From positions 1,612,001 to 1,676,000 of the forward strand of contig NC_082722.1 of assembly GCF_030144855.1 (NCBI RefSeq): DNA of 64,000 nucleotides, given 5' to 3'. Of the stretch, positions 58,096 to 64,000 are shown piece by piece. Below the pieces are notes generated by a model. The model did no database searches and had not been told where the DNA came from. It was given only the letters and a program-made list of their open reading frames with translations. The position numbers and the translations under genes were made by a program. This DNA is from Hypanus sabinus. Taxonomy: Eukaryota. How positions within the stretch are numbered: the first letter of the stretch is position 1; each line of letters opens with the position of its first letter.

Positions 58096-61000
58096 ACGGG
58101 ATGTAGGTCTTTTGCGCAAATATAATATCGGTTTCAAATGTTCTCAATTTCTTAAAGAACTTTCTATACTTAATAGACTGATTTAAGCTATTTAGGTTCC
58201 AGGAAATTATATTAATTTGATTAACACCCATACTGAGACTTTAAATTAGGGTTTTATAAAATGAATTAGTACACCACGGCAAGCCAAACCCACAGGGAGG
58301 AACAGAATAGATTCGATGAGAAAAGAAAAAAAAGTAACATGATTGACAAGAGAACCTCTCAGGACTGCCCAATCGAAAAAAAAGCTAAACTAATATCCCC
58401 ACCCCTTCCCCCCAAAACCAGAAAAAAAGCATCCAATAGGAGGATAGCATGCTAACTACAAACCCTAAACTTCTTGTCTCTGATAGGCAGACTCTTTAAA
58501 AAAAGTGTTATACTAACACCACCAACTCAAGACACAACATCAGATGCATAGAAAAAAATTTAAAAATTCCAAATATTATAATATTATGCCATCAGAGGTT
58601 AAAACGTAGTTAACAGTGGCCATCTTAAATTTGTTTAATAAAACTTGATCATATATTTAAAAAAAAAATATTACCAACTAATATGATACGACTGATATTA
58701 AACTCTTACAAATCCTGAAAGAAGGCAGAAGGAAAAAAAAACGCCGGACGATGTCTGGACCAACAAAAAACGTAAATTGAACTTTCAATGATTCAGCCGT
58801 AGATGACTCTCAGCTAAAGATTGAATTCAATATTACGTCTAATAGATATTAGCATGTAATTAACAGTGGCCATCTTAAATTCACTTAGTAAAAATTGATT
58901 ATACATTCAGAAAAAAATATATTCAAGAAATTATATGTTGCGACTTATGTTAAATTCACACAAATCTTAAAGAAAAGAAAAAATACAAGAATCAAAGCAA
59001 TACCTATACAGACATAGAACATAGATTAAACTTTAAACGATTCAACTACACACGATTGTCAGCTAAGGATTAAATGTTGGAGTTGCTTGCAGAACGGCAA
59101 TATGGGAGTTGCTTACGTGACCGACTTAAACTCATTGAGAAACTTCCGAACCTCCTCAGGGGAATCAAGACGTTATAGCACGAGTGTCGTGGAAAAATTA
59201 TGGCAGAAAGATGGACGACAGTTTTTCTTACACAATGCTGCCATCACTTCGCGATATTTAATTCTTTCTGCATAAACTTGAGGGGAAAATTCTTCAACTG
59301 TATGAAGCTCCACACTGTTGTAAGTGAACATCCCCCACTTTCTGGCATCTCAAAGAATTGCTTCTTTAGTAGCAAAATAATGGAAACACAGATTCACCGC
59401 TCGTGGTTTCATCTCAACTGATGGCCTGTTGCGGGGGATTCGGTGAGGTTTAACGGAGAGGTTTCAAGTATCTCACTAAAAAGTGAGTATAACATACTCG
59501 TAAAAAACTTTAATGGCTCACCGGTTTCCATATTTTCAGGCAAACCCAGCATACGTAAATTCATCCTTCGACTTCTTCTTTCTAGATCGATCATTTTCTT
59601 CTTAATTCTTGATAATTCTGACGAAATCTCAGCAATTCTCTTTTCCATGGTAGAGAACTTTAATTCCTGCTCTTTAATCACTTGACGTATTGTCGTCTGT
59701 TGTCTTCCGATTTTATAAGCGTCCATTTTAAGCGTTTGATATTGAGATTCCAGATTCCTCAAAGATTTTTGGACGGCAGATACAGTTTTTTCAAGCTTTT
59801 CATTAGTTCTCGTCAGTTTTTCAATTTTAGAATCCACCATTCCAATTTTGGTATTAGTATCTTGCATCAATAGGAACATTCTTTCACGATTATAGGTTTC
59901 TCCTACCTGCCTTACAATTTCAGTTTGTTCAGTTTCAGAAACAATTTTGCCACGTCTTAATTCCTTTCCAGTTTGGGTTCCAGCCATCGTAATTAAATCA
60001 TAAATCCTTCACTGACAGTAAAGAATCTTCAAAATTTAAACAAAAGTAGCAGTGAAGAGTAGTTGTAAAAGGATAACGAAGAGCCAAAAAGCATCTTACT
60101 CCATGAGTTGCCCAGAAGAGACTTAGCTGCCCAGAACAGGATCCATGAGAGGTCCTTCAAACTGCCTGCCATTGATACAAGCTGCTTGTAGGTGGACAGG
60201 GGATAACAGTTCTATAAACTTTGCATCAGTTATTCTGGGAAACGTCTGTATCAAATACACCTTCGTTGTTTATCGCTTTCACAGTATTTTTCATAATCCT
60301 CAGTTTTATGTGAAGAGAAGGCAAACATTTCTTTCCTGAGTCTACACGTGCCTTTTGGGCCTTTTGTGGCGTACCGATCTGTCCTGGAACAAACTGTCTA
60401 TCTTTTTTCATTGGAATGCTGTTCTTCTGCCCAGCCGTCCCATTTGTAAATAAAACATCAGTACTTGAACTATCTGAGCTGATTTTCTCATAGAAGTTTG
60501 AGATCACCACACACATTCCAGTTGTCTTTACTGCACTATATGTGTTTCAGCAAGACTTCCAGATGTCAGTAGCTTTGTTTCCTGTGTTCTGCATAGCCAA
60601 TGGGTATAGAAGGCTGGACATTGCTGTTGTTTAGCAGCGCGTTCTTCAGGCTTAACGCTGAAGAATCAATGAAGAGATGCCATTGTTTTGTGTAACACAG
60701 GAAACCCAACGCCTCATGCCTGGCCAGATAGAAAACTTTTCAGCTTACATTGTGGGCAACATTCCCATTGACTTGAATCATGAATTGAAATAACACATAT
60801 ATACCATTCCAAAAAGTGGCAGCTAATAGGGAAATTTCATGATGATTTTCGTGATCAGCAACCCAATGTCTATAAAATTCACGTACAAATAGTCACTTAA
60901 AATCATTTTTCAGTGCAACGGATCGGTCATAGTAGGAGTCTGAGTCTATAACTGGATCATGCTTGTATTTATGATAGGGTATCGTGTCTTTTATGAGACT

Positions 61001-62084
61001 GTATTTTAAGGCAAGATTTTAGTGAGCGACGTGGTCCACTTGATCTTGTCTGCGTAAGTAATCGGATTAAGATAATTTGTTGCAGGATCCTGTAATATGT
61101 TGGGTTGCTTCTGATTTATCTTGGAATTTCTGCATTTATCCTCTTGAATTTGTTGGTCTTCTGTTATGTATTTCTGATAACTTTTATGGAAATCACCTAG
61201 TCGTGTATTGCCAGAAGGAACCTTTCTGTTTCTGGGAAGAGCTCTCCAAATCTGAGCCAGACATTTGATGCTCCCATGTCGACATCTAGGCCAATCAGAT
61301 CTGGGGTTGATTTCCATGCAGTTCAATGCTCTTATATTGATTAACCTTTTCTTGGATAAATATTTCTCAGCTCAAGCTGGCGATATGCCCGTTTAGGACT
61401 TCTACTGTTATGCTGATTGTAGTTCATTTTAGTAGTCTTTTTTGCAAAAGCAGTGTGTCCGGTTGGCAGAATGCTTTGGTTCTGGTGAAAGATAAGACGC
61501 CTTGTTGTAGAACTTAGGAACATTGTGTCAGCCAACCAGGACGGTGGGATGGGGGGAAGGTTCTAGAGAGAGCAGGGCAGAGAGAGATTTGTCACGGACT
61601 GTGGTCTCGTTTCGGGTATCTTAGCCGGAGCTGCGGAGCGAGTACAAGGGAAGATACTGCAGAATGCCATTTAAGGGAGAAACCTTTTTCCAGAAGTGCT
61701 TTCTACAGATGATGGCTCCAAGCAGGAGGAACCAATACTTCTGAGAGAGAGAGAAAGAGTCAATTTGTTAGAGATGGACTTCAAGGGAAGTTTGGAATGT
61801 GGTGTGCGCTTTCACACAGACCGGGAGTTCAGCGTGTGAGTAAAAGATGCAGCCCCGAATTCTACAGTACGAGCTCCAAATGTATCGGCTCAGCTGTAAT
61901 GAGCTGTTTTCTTTTCCTTTTCCTATTAATTGTTCGATGAAGCTGAAATCGTTAAATATACTTTCTTTATAACTTTATTTGCAGTACGATGTGTTACTTC
62001 TTACCGACCGATAACTGGTATAGGCAGTATTTACAGTCCATTCGCTCAAATCGAGATTTCTTTAATCAGAACCCCCAGGTGCTT

Positions 62085-62270
62085 GGGAGGCCAAGTCCAT
62101 GGGTATATTTAAGGTGGAAGTTGATCTCGTCCTGATTAGCCAGGGTGTCTAAGGATATGGTGAGAAGGCAGATGTATGGGGCTCAGCGGGAGCCTGGATC
62201 AGCCACAATGGAATGGCGAAGCAGACTCGATAGATTGAATAGCCTAATTCTGCTTCAATGTCTTATGGTC
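62085..62270 (+). mobile_element. CR1 3' UTR fragment
   Basis: gatcagccacaatggaatggcg…aatagcctaattctgct…tcttatggtctt. Confidence 0.8.
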
Positions 62271-62274
62271 TTAT

Positions 62275-62830
62275 AAGCAGCCTCATATGTGGCACCTTAT
62301 AAAATGCCTTGTGAAAATCCAAGTAAATGACATCTACTGCCTTTCCTTTGTTACTTCCTCGAAGTAATCTAACAAATTCGCTTTACAGAAACTATGCTGA
62401 CATTGACTTATTTTATCATTAGTCTCCAAGTACACCAAAACCTCATCCTTAACAATAGACTCCAACAATTTCCCACTCACTGAGGTTAGGCAATCTGGCC
62501 TATAATTTCGTTTCTTTTGCCCTCTTCTCTTCTTGTCAATGTTAACTCCTCTGGGACCATGCCAGAATCAAGTGATTCTTGAAAGATCATGGCCAGTGCA
62601 TCCATTATCTCTTCAGCAACCTCTCTCAGGACTCCGGGATGTAGTCATTCTGGTCCAGATGACTCATCCATCTTAAGACCTTTGAGTTTGTCTAGCACTT
62701 CTTCCTTTGTAATAGCAATGACACCCTCTCCTGCTCCTTGACACCCATGGAACTCTGGCACCCTTCCACGGTGAAGACCAATGCAAAGTATCCATTAAGT
62801 TCACCTGCCATTTCTTTGTCCCTTATTACT
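62275..62830 (-). mobile_element. Degraded CR1 RT fragment
   Basis: aaatccaagtaaatgacatctactgc (reverse of AVDVIYLDF); ccataatttcg…tcttgaaagatc. Confidence 0.8.
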
Positions 62831-63039
62831 ACCTCAACAGTGGTCCAGTATTAATTCTCAATTATAATTATATCCGAAGAGCTATATGGAAAAAGGGATG
62901 TAGTCCAAGCCCAGAAAAGAAGTAAAATATCGTTTACTTGTGTTTTTTTTGTGGATGTTTTTTTCTGTGGCGGCCTAGGTTGTATCTATAACTTTCTGCT
63001 GCCTTTTCTGGACCCATGCGTTGGTATTTTCACATCATA

Positions 63040-63675
63040 GGACTATAAGATATCGGAGCAGAGTTAGGCCATTTGGGCCCTCGTGTCTGCTTCGCCAATC
63101 TCCTGCCTTCTCCCCGTATCACCTTGTGCTCTGACCAATCAAAAATATATCACCCTTGGCCTTTAATATATATAAAGGATTGGCCTCCATAGCCGCTTGT
63201 GGCAAATAATTCCATAAATTCACCACCCTCTGGCGAAAGAAATTCCTGCTTATCTCCGTTCGAAAAGGACGCCCTTCTATTCTGAGGCTGTCCTCTTGGT
63301 CTTAGAATCTCCCACCGTAGGAAACATCCTTTCCACATCCACTCTATCAATGCCTTTCACCATTCGCCAGGTTGCAACGAGGTCTCCCTTTATTATTCTG
63401 AATTTTATCAAACGCTCTTCATATGACAAACCTTTCAGACCTGGAATCAATTTCGTGAATCTCCTTTGATCCCCTCCGAGTTTCAGAACATCTTTTCTAA
63501 GATAAGGGGACCAAATCTCACAGTGCTCCAAAGGAACATTCAACAGTGCTTTTATAAAGTTTCAACATTGCACCCTTGCTTTCATATTCTAATCCTCTTG
63601 AAATGAATGCTAACATTGCATTTGTCTTTGTCATCTCAGATTCAACCTGCAAATTTACCTTTAGGGAATTCTGAC
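63040..63675 (-). mobile_element. CR1 3' fragment
   Basis: WSPYLRKDVLKL…RRFTKLIPGLKGLSYEERL. Confidence 0.85.
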
Positions 63676-64000
63676 AAGGATACTCGGCCGCGATGCAACA
63701 AATTTGAATGCATGTTTAGAGGTTTGTCAACGTTTTTGATTATATGCCAAATCCGTACGTACTATGCAATCCTAGATAAATACAACTTTTTAAGGCGAAA
63801 GGGACATACATATTAAAGGAGAACTTTGAAAATAGTATGCATTCATAATATTTATCTTCTATACAAAGGCACCGACACATTTTAGTGCAATTTAGCTATG
63901 GAGAAGTAGTAAAACTATTAGGGTTTTTCCATTCGCAACAAATAATTGCTGGGTGGCCGACAGATCTCCAGTAGTTAGGACAGAAGAAGAAGCAAAAAGG

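Larger units (their letters stand above)
56740..60125 (-). mobile_element. L1 5' portion (5' UTR, ORF1 59987-59113 with frameshifts, start of ORF2 from 58231); 3' part missing
   Basis: LERRSRRMNLRMLGLPEN; ISWNLNSLN…DIIFAQKT; KNRGVSILIN. Confidence 0.88.
56291..60915 (-). mobile_element. Chapaev3-type (CMC superfamily) DNA transposon relic, internally deleted, split by L1
   Basis: 5' end CACTGAAAAATGA; transposase LFIDSSALSLKNALL (60.67 kb), VCGDLK, PSLHIKL, FPRITDAK; resumes NMSLSVHFLHSHLDF (56.65 kb); flanks taa (56288-56290) / caa (60916-60918). Family name is from motif recall. Confidence 0.78.
55890..61500 (-). mobile_element. R4/Dong-type non-LTR retrotransposon (restriction-like endonuclease) 3' part, split into ~60919-61500 and ~55890-56287
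   Basis: WLRFGELFPETERFLLAI…EDKC…QHITGSC…YDRSV | TDRTI…DIILEDKQARTAY…AIPNT; frameshifted. Confidence 0.8.

Overview
Repeat-dense vertebrate genomic DNA. The mix of CR1, L1, Rex1/Babar, Penelope, BEL/Pao and Gypsy elements, plus the gene type, points to a cartilaginous fish, probably a ray; this is inference from repeat content only. Most of the window is transposon relics, often nested 3-4 deep with target-site duplications (TSDs) still readable. One host gene can be reconstructed by hand on the minus strand (31273-36768). It has five exons (leader, V domain with a germline-fused J-like motif, C1-set Ig domain, transmembrane (TM) exon with an Arg, short tyrosine-free tail) and encodes 285 aa. 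It looks like a non-rearranging, antigen-receptor-shaped activating receptor of the SIRP/NKp30/VJ-C1 type. A duplicated cassette (V 3' end, intron, second C1 with a TAG stop but intact splice sites) sits in the C1-TM intron. Other notable items: hammerhead-ribozyme motifs in Penelope ends, an inverted Penelope pair just past the gene's stop, a Chapaev3-type DNA transposon split by L1 inside an R4/Dong-type retroelement, and a BEL/Pao element with an in-frame loss of RT/RNase H. All assignments were made by eye from motifs; no searches were run. Boundaries without a stated TSD or splice site are approximate.
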